From a virus (Duplodnaviria > Caudoviricetes), in IMG/VR virus record IMGVR_UViG_3300017648_000003, positions 1-39,508 of that record: a DNA stretch of 39,508 nt; one strand, written 5' to 3'. The position numbers were made by a program, and so were the translations under genes. This document shows, piece by piece, positions 16,382 to 26,225 of the stretch. The notes below the pieces were generated by a model that saw nothing but the letters and a program-made list of their open reading frames with translations, made no database searches and was not told where the DNA came from. Each line of letters starts with the position of its first letter. The stretch's first letter is position 1.

Positions 16382-16749
16382 GCGCGAATCCTCTCGCAAT
16401 CGACCTGAAACAGTCGATCAAGTGAGTTGACGTTGATCACGCCCTGAATGGCGTGAACGGTCCCGTCGACCGTGATCCGGTGGCGGGTGGTGATCCCGCC
16501 GGAGTCGGCCAGCGGATCGGCGGCGAAGTAGATCGTGGCCGTCTCGACGTTGCGGCGGGCGTTGTCGCGGGCCAGTCCGTGGGCGGCCAGGAAACTGGAC
16601 CGGGGCCGGACCAGGCAGGGAACGCCGTCGGCGACGACGGGCCAGGCCCCGGAGCGGTTGGCCCCTCCAAGCGCCGTTTGCGGCGGGACGGACCCGGTCG
16701 AGGCCTCGACGCTGATCGTCGCCGATTGGGTGAGGAAATCCTCGATCAT
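16378..16749 (-). CDS. Head closure / head-tail joining protein
   Basis: ATGA-coupled to the adaptor; synteny. Confidence 0.7.
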   Translation of the reverse strand: MIEDFLTQSATISVEASTGSVPPQTALGGANRSGAWPVVADGVPCLVRPRSSFLAAHGLARDNARRNVETATIYFAADPLADSGGITTRHRITVDGTVHAIQGVINVNSLDRLFQVDCERIRA

Positions 16750-17330
16750 CCCAGGCCCCCCGCGACGTAGGGGGCCAGCATGTTGGCCACGAAGTCGGAA
16801 ATCGGGCTCCGGGCGTCGTCGGCCAGCGTATAGGAATAATCGCCGATGGATTCGGATCGGTAGACGCCGGAGGCCCGGGCGGCCTCGGCGAACCGCCGGA
16901 GGGTCAGGATCGTGGCCCGCTTGACCGGGCCGGGGATCGGGTCGAAGCCGCCGTCGTATTCGACGACGACGTTTCCCTTGCCGGTCGGGAACGCGGGCGC
17001 GAACCAGGGATCGCCCCGGCCGGGCCCGCGGAGCAGCTCGCCGGTGCCGGCGTCGACCGTCCACGCCTCGCCGTCGGCGTTGTCCAGGGCCTCGCCGTTG
17101 ATCGAGACGGCCAGGACCTCGGCGACGGGCCGGACGGACAGCCAGACCCGGGGCCGGTTCCGGCCGTCGAGGATCTCGGTTCGGACGGCCCGGGCCAGGT
17201 CGCGCCGGCAGTGGTCGCGGACGGCCGCGCTGGCGTCGGCGATGAGGGCCGTCCGCTCGCTCTCCGGGAGCTTCAAGAGCCCCGGCCAGGCGGCGGCGGC
17301 CTCATCCTCGGTAACGTAGATTTCGGGCAC
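16746..17330 (-). CDS. Head-tail adaptor (gp6/gp15-like)
   Basis: VVVEYDGGF..IP..VKRA...SESIGDYSYT motif. Confidence 0.85.
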   Translation of the reverse strand: MPEIYVTEDEAAAAWPGLLKLPESERTALIADASAAVRDHCRRDLARAVRTEILDGRNRPRVWLSVRPVAEVLAVSINGEALDNADGEAWTVDAGTGELLRGPGRGDPWFAPAFPTGKGNVVVEYDGGFDPIPGPVKRATILTLRRFAEAARASGVYRSESIGDYSYTLADDARSPISDFVANMLAPYVAGGLG

Positions 17331-17387
17331 GGATCAGCCTCGGTTTGGTCGGTCGGTCGATCGGTCGGTCGGTCGGCCTGGTCCCGC

Positions 17388-17831
17388 TTACGGGACCGAG
17401 ACGAGAACCGGCGGGACGGCGTCGACCATGTTGGCGCCCGCGTCGGGCGGCTGGACGCCGGCCCGGCCGAGCAGAGCGAAGCCGCCGTTGACAACCGCGT
17501 TGGCGGTCCCCCGGGTGACCACGGCCCGCAGGAACCGCTTGGTCGGCCGGTGGATCTCGGCCGACCAGACGCCCTTGTTGGACGCCGAGTCGGGCACGGA
17601 GACGGCGGAGCCGGCGATGTCGGCCATATCCGAGCCGTCGGACTCGTCGCCGGCCTGGATCTTGATCCCGGTGACCGCCCCGGCCGTGATCGCGCCGAAG
17701 CTGACCAGGAACGCGACCGACTCGAACCCGGCCGCGTCGATCGTCTTGCCGTTGACGGCGGTTTGCCCGGCGGCGGCCGGCTCGACGGCGATGTCCGCGC
17801 CGAGCGTCCGCGTGATGTTGTGATGAAACAT
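17388..17831 (-). CDS. Capsid decoration/cement protein candidate
   Basis: NGKTIDAAGFES...KRFLRAVV; directly after the capsid gene. Confidence 0.65.
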   Translation of the reverse strand: MFHHNITRTLGADIAVEPAAAGQTAVNGKTIDAAGFESVAFLVSFGAITAGAVTGIKIQAGDESDGSDMADIAGSAVSVPDSASNKGVWSAEIHRPTKRFLRAVVTRGTANAVVNGGFALLGRAGVQPPDAGANMVDAVPPVLVSVP

Positions 17832-17893
17832 GAAGAGCCTCGAATGGAATGGATGAACGGGCGAAGTCGGGATTCGGTCGGTCGGCCGGACGC

Positions 17894-19327
17894 TTAGGCG
17901 GCGGCGGCCAGGATCTTCAGGCGGAACGGCTCGACCGTCTTGCCGCCGAACCGGACCCGGCCCACCAGCTCGATCTGGTTCGCCTTGGCGCGAGTCTGGT
18001 CCAGGACCTGGATCGAGAAGCCGATCCGGTTGACCAAGTAGAAGCCCCGGAGGTCGCCGTAGATCAGCGGGAACGAGCCGGCCGAGACGTTGGGCATGAA
18101 GGCGGAGAGAACGATCGGGTCGCCGTAAAGGACGCGCCCGCGGGCGGAGGCGATGCCCTGGTCCCCGGTTCCGGCCGAGAACAGCGGCCGCTTCTGGTCG
18201 TCGCGGAGCTTGCGGATCGCCCGGTACCCGCTCTTCTTGTTGGTCACCCACGCCGTGTTGGCGCTCTCGTATTGGGGCGGAAGGGCGGTTTGCAGATCGT
18301 CGAGCGAGTCGACCGTGATCGACCCGGCCGAGCCGGACTTGATCACCTCGGGCTTCAGCGGGTCGGTCCCGTCGTTGGCGACGTTCGCCCCGAACAGGAT
18401 GCCGGTCGGCTCGCCGATCCCGCTCCCGTTGAGGATCATGTCCTCATAGAGCAGGTCGATCACCTGGTTCAACTCGGACTCCAGCCACGCCTGGATCGGA
18501 AACGCGCTGTCCTCGACCAGGTTCTTCGTGACGGGCGCCGAAAGCATGAACGTGTGGACGGGGATTTCGACGTTGCCGAGCAGCTTCGTGTCGTCGACGC
18601 CGTGCATCGCTCCAGTGCCGTCGGACGGGATCTCGCCGGTTTTGGTCGGCCGGAAGGCGGTGGTGTACTTGTCGTCCGCGCTGTACTGCTTCCGCGGCAT
18701 GATCAGCGTGTCGCGGCCGGTCGTCAGGTTCTGGACCAGGCCCCGGAGCTGGGTCGGCGCGGGCTCGCGGCCGATGATGCGGTTAATCAGCTCGGCGGGG
18801 GCGAAGACGCCGCCCTGGTCGTCGATCGCCTCCATCAAGGTTTTGGTGGACAGGTCGATCTGGCGGGCACCCTTGCGGAGGTACTGCGCGAAGGCGAGCT
18901 TGTACTCAAACGAGTTGAGGAGCTCCCACCGCTTCGCGCCGAAGGTGCCCGGCCCGGCCTCGTCGAGCACGCTGGCCCGGCCGTCGGCGTCCCGGCCGAA
19001 CGTGACGTGGCCGGCCGCCTCCGCGCCCTTGTAGCTGAACGACCCGGCGCCCGGCGGCGGGCCGGCGGCGGGGCTGTTCAGCCACTTCTCGCCGGCCGCC
19101 TTGCGGCCCCGGAGGGCGTTGGCCCGCTCCAGCTCGGCCTGGCGGGCCTCGATCTCCTTGCCGATCTCGTCGCGCTCGTTGTAGAGCTTCTCGGCCTTCG
19201 TGAGCAGCTCGCCGCTCGACTTGGGGTCGTCAAGGATCGCGTCGGCGGCCTTGGCCTTCTCCTCCCACTTCTGGCGGAGGGTGGTCAACTTCTCGTCGTT
19301 TTGGGTCGTGGTGTGAACGGCGGCCAT
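17894..19327 (-). CDS. Major capsid protein, HK97 fold with N-terminal delta domain
   Basis: GGVFAP, LNGSG.GEPTGI, LYGDPIV, YGDLRGFY, RVRFGG motifs. Confidence 0.95.
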   Translation of the reverse strand: MAAVHTTTQNDEKLTTLRQKWEEKAKAADAILDDPKSSGELLTKAEKLYNERDEIGKEIEARQAELERANALRGRKAAGEKWLNSPAAGPPPGAGSFSYKGAEAAGHVTFGRDADGRASVLDEAGPGTFGAKRWELLNSFEYKLAFAQYLRKGARQIDLSTKTLMEAIDDQGGVFAPAELINRIIGREPAPTQLRGLVQNLTTGRDTLIMPRKQYSADDKYTTAFRPTKTGEIPSDGTGAMHGVDDTKLLGNVEIPVHTFMLSAPVTKNLVEDSAFPIQAWLESELNQVIDLLYEDMILNGSGIGEPTGILFGANVANDGTDPLKPEVIKSGSAGSITVDSLDDLQTALPPQYESANTAWVTNKKSGYRAIRKLRDDQKRPLFSAGTGDQGIASARGRVLYGDPIVLSAFMPNVSAGSFPLIYGDLRGFYLVNRIGFSIQVLDQTRAKANQIELVGRVRFGGKTVEPFRLKILAAAA

Positions 19328-19433
19328 GATGTGGGGCCTCTCGGGGGGTTCGGTGGGCGCGCGGAATCGGCCGGACGCCGAAACGTCGGCGCCGGGGATG
19401 ATCGGTCGGGATTCGGACGGACGGGGCGGGCGG

Positions 19434-20363
19434 TCAGACGGGCGGAAGGGCGGACCGGCGGCGGAGCGAGAGCCGCTTGCGGCTGGTCTCGTCTTCGTCT
19501 TCACCCTGGTCGTCGTCGGGTTCGGTCTCGGGTTCGTCCTCGGCGTCGGGGTCGAACTTGTTCAGGTACTTGCGCATCTCGCCGGCCAGGGCGGTGGTCG
19601 CCTCGCCGTGGGCCTTCAGGGCCTTGGACAGCTCGCCCAGCGATTTGACGTGCGCGCCGGATGACTTGCCGTGCTCGTCGAGAGCGTCGGCGAAGGTCTT
19701 CAGGCCGGCGAAGTTGGCCCGGGACATCGCCCGGCCGGACTTGGTCGAGAGGCCGAGCCACTCCTTGACGGCCTCGATCAGCGAGGTTTTTTGCGGTTCG
19801 GACATGGGGGCCTCGGTGGGGGCCGCGGCGGACTTGACCGACGAGACGCCGGCCCGGGGGTTCGCCGGCACGTTGACGAACGAGAATTCAAAAATGTCCA
19901 GCTTTTTGAGCCGGCAAATCTGCCGGCCGTCGATTTGCTCAAGCGCGTAATCGGCGACCCGGTAGCCGATCGAGCATTTGACGCTCTTGCCGGCGGCCAT
20001 CCGCTCGCGGACGACGGTGCGGCAGGCCTGGGCCTCCGGGGTCGAGTGAAACCGGCCGGCGATCTTCAGGCCGGTCCCGTCCTGCGTGGCCGAGTCGATC
20101 CAGGCGACGGGGAGCTGGTCCCCGCGGTGGTTGACCAGGCCGCAGCCGTCGGCGACGAATTCGGCGAGGTTGGCGAACGCCCCGGGGTCGATGATGTCGC
20201 GGTGGCGGTCGACGTTGCCGAACACCGCGGCGTACAGCTCGAACGAGCCGTCGGGCGCGTCGTCGTCGGCCTTGAAGCGGAAGTCGAACGTCTTGTGGCG
20301 GAGCGCGGCGGGATCGGCCCGGCCGTCGGCGACGGCGGGCGGCGCGGTGGCCGGAGCGGGCAT
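19434..20363 (-). CDS. HK97 prohead protease (S78) with C-terminal extension
   Basis: YAAVFGNVD..DII.PGAF, NH, SIGY, EFSFVNVPANP motifs. Confidence 0.92.
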   Translation of the reverse strand: MPAPATAPPAVADGRADPAALRHKTFDFRFKADDDAPDGSFELYAAVFGNVDRHRDIIDPGAFANLAEFVADGCGLVNHRGDQLPVAWIDSATQDGTGLKIAGRFHSTPEAQACRTVVRERMAAGKSVKCSIGYRVADYALEQIDGRQICRLKKLDIFEFSFVNVPANPRAGVSSVKSAAAPTEAPMSEPQKTSLIEAVKEWLGLSTKSGRAMSRANFAGLKTFADALDEHGKSSGAHVKSLGELSKALKAHGEATTALAGEMRKYLNKFDPDAEDEPETEPDDDQGEDEDETSRKRLSLRRRSALPPV

Positions 20364-20435
20364 GGCGGGGAGCCTCGGGTGGGGACGGCCGGACGGCCGG
20401 ATGAGACGGGGTCGGGCGGGCGGGCGGGCGGGCGG

Positions 20436-22364
20436 TCAGTCGTAGTACGGGGCCACGCCGTCGGCGATTTCTTGCAGGGTTCGGCGGTCGACGCGAGGGC
20501 GGTCGCGGATGATGTCGCTGATTTCGCCCCGGCCGGGGGCTCCGCGGAACTCGCGCTCCAGCTTGCGGACGGCCTCCATCCGCTTGTCGTCGTCGGCCTT
20601 GCGGTCCAGGTCGATGTGCTTGTCGCGGTCGGTCATGGGTGGCGTTCTCCGCGTCCAGCCGAGCTTGTCGAAAACCGCCTTGATCTCGGCCTCGACCGGC
20701 TTGAAGTCCTCGGCGGTCCAGTGGTGGGGGCTGTTCTCCCCCTCGCGCGTCCTCTTGTCGGCCAGGTCTTTCTTCAGGGCCGCGGAACCGCCGTCCCGGC
20801 AGACCCAGAACGAATAAGCCCGCGCCCACAATTCCTCGGGCGACAAAAGGTATTCGGCGTACTCGACCGCGTCTTTGGCGAGTTCGATCCGTTTATTGTA
20901 CTCTTTCCAAAAGTCTTCGTCTCCCTTCCCGGCCTCCTCCAGCCGGGCCTTCTCCTTTAGCAGCCGCTTCAGCTTTTCGCGCCACTTGTCGAGGCGATCC
21001 TCGATCCAGGCGACGGTTTTCGACTTGCGGACGGCCGCGTCGAACTGCGCCAGGTCGGGATTCACGCCGTCGAACACCTCGCGCTTCGCCCGCCGGCTGA
21101 TCGTGGCGTCGATCCAGTGGCCGAATTCGTGGGCCAGCGTGTGGCCGGCGAAGGCGACCTCGGTCCGGGTCGTGACGAGATCCTCCCGAGAGCTGTAGAA
21201 CCCAAAGACGAACCCCTTGCCCTTGAACCGCCGGTCGTCGACCTCGGGCCGGTAATCCCGGACCTTCAGCCGGTTCAGCCCCATCTCCGCCGGCATCCCG
21301 TGCAGGGTCGCCATCGCCTTCAAGGCGGTGTCGGCGGCCTTCTCCACGTCCTCCGGCGTTCCGGCCAGGGTCACGACCTGTTCGGCGGGCTCGACGACTC
21401 CCGGAGCGTAGGGTTTCGGCTTCCGCTTCCGCGGGGCCGGGGTCGGCTTGGGACGCTTCGGCTTCGGGGCTGGTTTCGGGTCTGGTTTCGGGTCCGGTTC
21501 GGCCGGCTTCGGCTCGGTCGGTTTCAGATCCGACCCGGTCAGGGTTTGGGACCAGGCCGGTTCCGGGTCCGTGTCCAGGACTTCGAGCACGGAACACGCG
21601 CAGTGCGGGTGCAGCGGGGGGAACTTCACCGCCCCGTAAACGGGATCGGGGCTCGTAACCGCGAACGGCTGGCCGAGCTTGACGAATCGGGCCTTCTCGG
21701 CGACCGCCAGGCACTCCGGGCAGGCGTCGGACGAAAGGAGCCACTCCCAGCCCCGGACGACTCCGGACTGGACGGCGGCCTGTTCCTGGGCCGCGTGGAC
21801 GGCCCGGCTGGTCTCCGATTGGGCGATCCGCCGGGCCCGCCAGGTCTCGGCCCCGTCGAAGATCCGGCCGACCCGCTTGGTCAGCTTCTCCAGCGACTCG
21901 CCTTGTTCGACGACGCCGGCGTGAAGTTCCTCCCGCGTTTTCTTGAGGGCCTGGTCGAGCGCCAGGCTGGTGGTTGCGTTCGTCCGCTCGCAAAACGTCA
22001 GGGCCGCCGCTTCGATCACCGCGGCGGTGTGGGGGTTGACGACCGACCATTCGTCGGGGTCGAGGCCGACCCGGGGGGCGAACTTCGCCGCGGCCTTGGA
22101 CCAGGTCAGCTTCAGTAGCGGCGTCATCCGTTGGGCCATCGGCAGCGCGCCGCCGCCGAAGTCGTCCAAGGGCGGCCAGGCGTCCGGGAGCCCCGGCCGG
22201 TCCTGTTTCCGGCCCGTCCGGAGGAACTCCAGCACGACGGAGCGCTGGCGGCGGAACGCCTTCACCAGCTCACGGCGGAGCGGCTCGCCGGTCGGCAGTT
22301 TAAAAGTGTTGGCCTCGCCCCGGAGCCGACGCCGTCGGCGGCCCTTGTCGGTCAGTACCGCCAC
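20436..22364 (-). CDS. MuF (SPP1 gp7-like) minor head protein fused to a zincin metallopeptidase-like domain
   Basis: RARRIAQSET, CPEC, PPLHPHCAC (MuF); Pro/Lys linker; AHEFGHWID...EELWARAY. Confidence 0.88.
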   Translation of the reverse strand: MAVLTDKGRRRRRLRGEANTFKLPTGEPLRRELVKAFRRQRSVVLEFLRTGRKQDRPGLPDAWPPLDDFGGGALPMAQRMTPLLKLTWSKAAAKFAPRVGLDPDEWSVVNPHTAAVIEAAALTFCERTNATTSLALDQALKKTREELHAGVVEQGESLEKLTKRVGRIFDGAETWRARRIAQSETSRAVHAAQEQAAVQSGVVRGWEWLLSSDACPECLAVAEKARFVKLGQPFAVTSPDPVYGAVKFPPLHPHCACSVLEVLDTDPEPAWSQTLTGSDLKPTEPKPAEPDPKPDPKPAPKPKRPKPTPAPRKRKPKPYAPGVVEPAEQVVTLAGTPEDVEKAADTALKAMATLHGMPAEMGLNRLKVRDYRPEVDDRRFKGKGFVFGFYSSREDLVTTRTEVAFAGHTLAHEFGHWIDATISRRAKREVFDGVNPDLAQFDAAVRKSKTVAWIEDRLDKWREKLKRLLKEKARLEEAGKGDEDFWKEYNKRIELAKDAVEYAEYLLSPEELWARAYSFWVCRDGGSAALKKDLADKRTREGENSPHHWTAEDFKPVEAEIKAVFDKLGWTRRTPPMTDRDKHIDLDRKADDDKRMEAVRKLEREFRGAPGRGEISDIIRDRPRVDRRTLQEIADGVAPYYD

Positions 22365-23725
22365 GCCTTCGCCCCGTCGGTTTCGGATTCGGTTTCGGTC
22401 GGTTCGGTCGGTTCGTCGTCGTCGACGCCGGGATCGGTCGGCCCGGCGGCGGCCTGGATCTCGGAGAAGTACACGTCGCCGGAGCCGTCATCGGCGTCGT
22501 AGCCGAGTTGCTCTCGGGCCTCATTGCGGGTGATCAGGTCGGCCTTGAAGTCCTCGCGGGTCCGCGCGTGCAGCGAGTCGAGCGACTCTTGCAGCTCCTG
22601 GACGTGCGAATAATCGTAGGCGACGACCAGGTCGAGCGGGTCCGACGGCGGGGTGACCCGGCCGCCCACCTGGATCGACTCGCCGGCCAGGCCGTCGCGG
22701 ACGGCCTCGGCGGTCAGTTCCTGCACGGCCACGATCGTCCCCCAGCTCGTGCGGTTGGCCTCGGCCAGGTTGGCGTAGGTCTTGTTCGGGTCGGACAGGC
22801 CGAGCGACATGGCGGCCGTGCCGACGGACGCGGCCAGCCGGGCCTGGGCGGCCTGGGGCAGCTTGTCCAGCACCAGCTTGTCCGGGCTAAACCCGACCTC
22901 GACGACCTTGTACCGGCCGGCGAACACGGCCGGTCGGCCCGCGTCGTCGCCGGAGACGGTGTCCATCCACCGATCGGCCATCCGGTCGGCCTGAGCCTGG
23001 TCCGCCGGCCCGCGCTCGTCGCCGTCGGGCACGATCGCCACCGACGGCACGCCGCTGTTCTTCAACAGGGCGGCCGTGTAGGTGGACTCGTAATTGATCG
23101 TGCAAACTTCGCGGAGGTTGGCCTTGAGGGCGGCCATCCCCAGCCGTTCGTTGCGGGGGTCGATCCCGTCCCGGATGTGGATGATTTCCGAGCGGTCGAC
23201 GTAGTGGTGGAAGCCGTCGACCGTGATCCGGTAGCCGTCGATGAACTCCGATCGGTCCGCCGGCCAGGTCGGCTCGACGCGGTAGTGCGGGATCCACCAG
23301 AGCTGGCAGACCCGGCCGCCGTTGTCGCGGACCTTGTGCAGGTAGGCGTTGCCGTCGACCTTCAGCGAGAGCGCAATCGCTTTCTCCAACGTCCGGCGGC
23401 CGTAGTACGGGTTCGGCCGGTTCCACAGGTCGAGAATGCCGTGCCGGGGGAGCTCGACCAGGTTGCCGCCCCGGCCGACCCGGGAGACGACCAGCCGGGG
23501 CCGGGCCACCCGATCGCCGATCCAGGCCAGGCCCAGCGCGACGACGGAGTTGGCCCACGGGTCGCCGGCCTCCCGCTCCCAGTCGAACCGGGCGCCGGGA
23601 AACAGCAGCCGGACCCGGCCCCAGCCGGTCCCGCCCATGCCGGGCCAGACGCCGCCGGTCAGGCGCGCGAACGCCCCCCGGAGGGACGACGCGACGGCGG
23701 AAAAGGAGTTGCGGGGGCTTGGCAT
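22352..23725 (-). CDS. Portal protein (HK97 family)
   Basis: RPNPY, DGNAYL, IIHIRD, ITRNEARE motifs. Confidence 0.93.
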   Translation of the reverse strand: MPSPRNSFSAVASSLRGAFARLTGGVWPGMGGTGWGRVRLLFPGARFDWEREAGDPWANSVVALGLAWIGDRVARPRLVVSRVGRGGNLVELPRHGILDLWNRPNPYYGRRTLEKAIALSLKVDGNAYLHKVRDNGGRVCQLWWIPHYRVEPTWPADRSEFIDGYRITVDGFHHYVDRSEIIHIRDGIDPRNERLGMAALKANLREVCTINYESTYTAALLKNSGVPSVAIVPDGDERGPADQAQADRMADRWMDTVSGDDAGRPAVFAGRYKVVEVGFSPDKLVLDKLPQAAQARLAASVGTAAMSLGLSDPNKTYANLAEANRTSWGTIVAVQELTAEAVRDGLAGESIQVGGRVTPPSDPLDLVVAYDYSHVQELQESLDSLHARTREDFKADLITRNEAREQLGYDADDGSGDVYFSEIQAAAGPTDPGVDDDEPTEPTETESETDGAKAWRY

Positions 23726-23737
23726 GATCGGTTCCGG

Positions 23738-24097
23738 TCAGGCGGACGGGCGGGTCTTGAGAAGCGCCAGCAGCGATTCGTTGGTCGCCTTCAGACTCTT
23801 GATATGGGCCTCGGCTTGCGCGAGCGCCCCGACCGACCCGGTCCCCTCGGACGGCCGGAACCCGAGCGACCAGAGCCGGTCGACCAGAGCCTGAACGTGC
23901 TCCCGGTGCAGCGAGAACGTCGGCCCCTCCGGCGGCGGCCCCCCGGGGTCGATCGCCCGCAGCTCGACCGGGGCCGCAACGGCCGCAAGGCCGGCGTCGT
24001 CGGGCGAGCGCTCGGCGAGGTAGAAATCGACGCCGTTTTTCATCGGGCTGTCATGCGCGACCAGACCGATTCGGCGATACGCGGGGAGAATGAACAC
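23738..24097 (-). CDS. Hypothetical protein
   Basis: Protein-like ORF between terminase and portal. Confidence 0.65.
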   Translation of the reverse strand: MFILPAYRRIGLVAHDSPMKNGVDFYLAERSPDDAGLAAVAAPVELRAIDPGGPPPEGPTFSLHREHVQALVDRLWSLGFRPSEGTGSVGALAQAEAHIKSLKATNESLLALLKTRPSA

Positions 24098-24130
24098 GGA
24101 TCGGCTCCGGTGTGACGGTCGGACGGACGG

Positions 24131-24367
24131 TCAGGCGGACGGACGGAAGCGGCCGGAGACCGCCTGGCCGTCGGGCCGGCGGTCGGGTTCGGGACCGCAG
24201 CGGCAAAACAGTTCGCGGGGCCAATGGCCGTTGGGCAACAATGGCCGTGGCGGGGGCGGCGGAGGCGGCGGCCGTCGGGACCGGATGACCTTCCTGAGCC
24301 GCTCGTGTTTCGGCTCGGCTTCGAACCAGCCGTCGGCGATCAAATCCGCTTCGGTCGGCCCCATCAC
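24131..24367 (-). CDS. Small Pro-rich hypothetical protein
   Basis: Start overlaps the terminase stop. Confidence 0.45.
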   Translation of the reverse strand: MMGPTEADLIADGWFEAEPKHERLRKVIRSRRPPPPPPPPRPLLPNGHWPRELFCRCGPEPDRRPDGQAVSGRFRPSA

Positions 24368-25584
24368 CAGATCCCCCGGAACGATTTCACTTCGCTCGAC
24401 CCGTAAACCGCCAGGGCCAGGGCCATCACGCAGTCATCGTGCATCCCCTCGGGGGCCGACGTGCGCCAGTTGCGCGCCTTGGTCATGACGTACTCGTAAG
24501 CCACCAGCTCCGCCTCTTGCTCCGGGATGTCCATCAGTCTCAGGGCGCCGCGCTCCAGCGCCATCGCGAGCCCGTCAATCAACGGCCCCTTCGACGCGGC
24601 GGTGAAGACGTAGGGCTCGACCCGGAGGCCCGCGTCCCGGAGGCGTTCGAAGATCGGGTCTCCGACTCCGGTGGAGTCGACGAACACAGTGGCCCGGTAC
24701 CGCTCGGCAACGGCCCGGATGGCGGCGATTTGCCGTTCCCATGAAATCTGGTTGAACCGCTCGAAATAGACCTGCCGGCCGGTGTTGTCGACCACGCACA
24801 GGACCGTGAAGTCCTCCAGCCGGGCCAGGTCGACGCCCAGCGCGTACGCGCCGACGTTCCGGGCCGGCTCCGGGACCGTCCGGCCCCGGTCGATCGCGTC
24901 GGTAACGCAGCGAAACACGCCGCCGGCGTCCTCCAGGAACCAGGCCAGGAACTCTTGCTGAAAGACCCGTTCGGGCAGCTCCCGGCGGGCCTGTTCGATC
25001 TCGGCCGGGTCGATCCAGGGGTTCTGGACCGTCGGCAGTTGCCAGGACTGGTAATCGGGCTGAAGCGGGTCGGCCCCCCGGGTCCAGAGCTTCCAAAAGA
25101 AGTCCCGGCCTTTCGGGGTGGAGTAGAAGTCGGCGTCCCCCTTGAAGTCGGCCAGGGTCGGCCGGATCGCCTGTTGCCACGCGACCTCGAGATGGCGGGC
25201 CTTGGCGGCTTCGTCGACCCCGACCCGCTTGTACTTTCGGGACCGGCCGGCGTCGTGGTCGTCGAGGGTCCAGAAGTCGATCCGGCCGCCGCCGACCAGG
25301 TGGATCTGACGGTCGGTCGAATTCGAGCTGGTGGTGACCGGCTTCAGGATCCGGCGGAAATCCTCCCAGGCGGCCAGCAGGTACTTATAGTTCGGGGCGA
25401 ACCAGGCGGCCGGGAACCCGGCCAGGGCGGGCTCGACCAGGCGGTTGACTCCGATCGTCGTCTTGCCCCACCGCCGGCCGCAGGCGTGGATCCGGTATCG
25501 GGCCGTCGACCGGAGAACCTCAGTCTGGCCCCGGTGCGGCCTCGGCAGCGTGAGGCGGATCTCCGTCTGCATACTCGACGACAA
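24364..25584 (-). CDS. terL: Terminase large subunit
   Basis: GRRWGKT Walker A, VGVDEAA Walker B, STPKG, GVDLA and HDDCVMALALA nuclease motifs. Confidence 0.95.
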   Translation of the reverse strand: MSSSMQTEIRLTLPRPHRGQTEVLRSTARYRIHACGRRWGKTTIGVNRLVEPALAGFPAAWFAPNYKYLLAAWEDFRRILKPVTTSSNSTDRQIHLVGGGRIDFWTLDDHDAGRSRKYKRVGVDEAAKARHLEVAWQQAIRPTLADFKGDADFYSTPKGRDFFWKLWTRGADPLQPDYQSWQLPTVQNPWIDPAEIEQARRELPERVFQQEFLAWFLEDAGGVFRCVTDAIDRGRTVPEPARNVGAYALGVDLARLEDFTVLCVVDNTGRQVYFERFNQISWERQIAAIRAVAERYRATVFVDSTGVGDPIFERLRDAGLRVEPYVFTAASKGPLIDGLAMALERGALRLMDIPEQEAELVAYEYVMTKARNWRTSAPEGMHDDCVMALALAVYGSSEVKSFRGIW

Positions 25585-25963
25585 CCTTCACTTCGCCGGA
25601 GTGCTCCGTGGAGACCCGTTCGCGGAACTTGTTCGGTCGATGGGCCTTCAAGAGGAAGATCATCAACGTATCGGAATACTCGCGAACGAATCCGGCCCGT
25701 TTCCCCCTGTAGAAAACCGGCTTCCGGGTCCCGTCCAGCGCCCGCCGACGGGCCTCCGCCTCCAGGGCGTCGACGGCCTGGTCGAGGGCGGACTCCCAGG
25801 CGGCCCGGAACTCCTCGTCTCGGTTGCGGTGGTCGTAGGCGGTGTCCCGGTGGATCCCGGCGATCGCGGCCGAGGCGGTGACGTTGGCGGTCTCGGCCAG
25901 GGCGTCCAGAAACCGGACCCGCCAGTCTTTTTCAGGCGTCGGAATCGTCGGATCGACGGTCAT
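25520..25963 (-). CDS. terS: Terminase small subunit
   Basis: FLDALAETANVTASA HTH, LEAEARRRALDG, YSDTLMIFLLKAHRP. Confidence 0.9.
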   Translation of the reverse strand: MTVDPTIPTPEKDWRVRFLDALAETANVTASAAIAGIHRDTAYDHRNRDEEFRAAWESALDQAVDALEAEARRRALDGTRKPVFYRGKRAGFVREYSDTLMIFLLKAHRPNKFRERVSTEHSGEVKVVVEYADGDPPHAAEAAPGPD

Positions 25964-26225
25964 GATTCGGGCTCGGCCGGATGACGGGATGCCGGGTCAG
26001 AGGATCGTGCGGAGTCGGCGGTGGCGGGTCGGGCAGGCACCGCTCAAACACGCCGATCGCCAGGACCGTCGCGCGACCGGCCACGAAAAGCGGGAACACG
26101 ATCAGCAGGAGAAGCGCCGCGAAGGGCAGCGCGCACAGCGTGACCAACCCCCGGACGACCGGGGCCAGCCTCGCGGGCGGGACGGGGACGGGGACGGGCC
26201 GGCGGGGTGGGCCAGTGCGGCTCAT
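25932..26225 (-). CDS. Membrane protein
   Basis: Long hydrophobic stretch; ATGA-coupled. Confidence 0.55.
   Translation of the reverse strand: MSRTGPPRRPVPVPVPPARLAPVVRGLVTLCALPFAALLLLIVFPLFVAGRATVLAIGVFERCLPDPPPPTPHDPLTRHPVIRPSPNHDRRSDDSDA

Noticed and set aside
12670-24115. Long + strand ORFs (e.g. 12670..14217, 17849..19648, 19671..20960, 22508..24115)
   Set aside because: Antisense shadows of well-supported minus-strand structural genes in high-GC DNA
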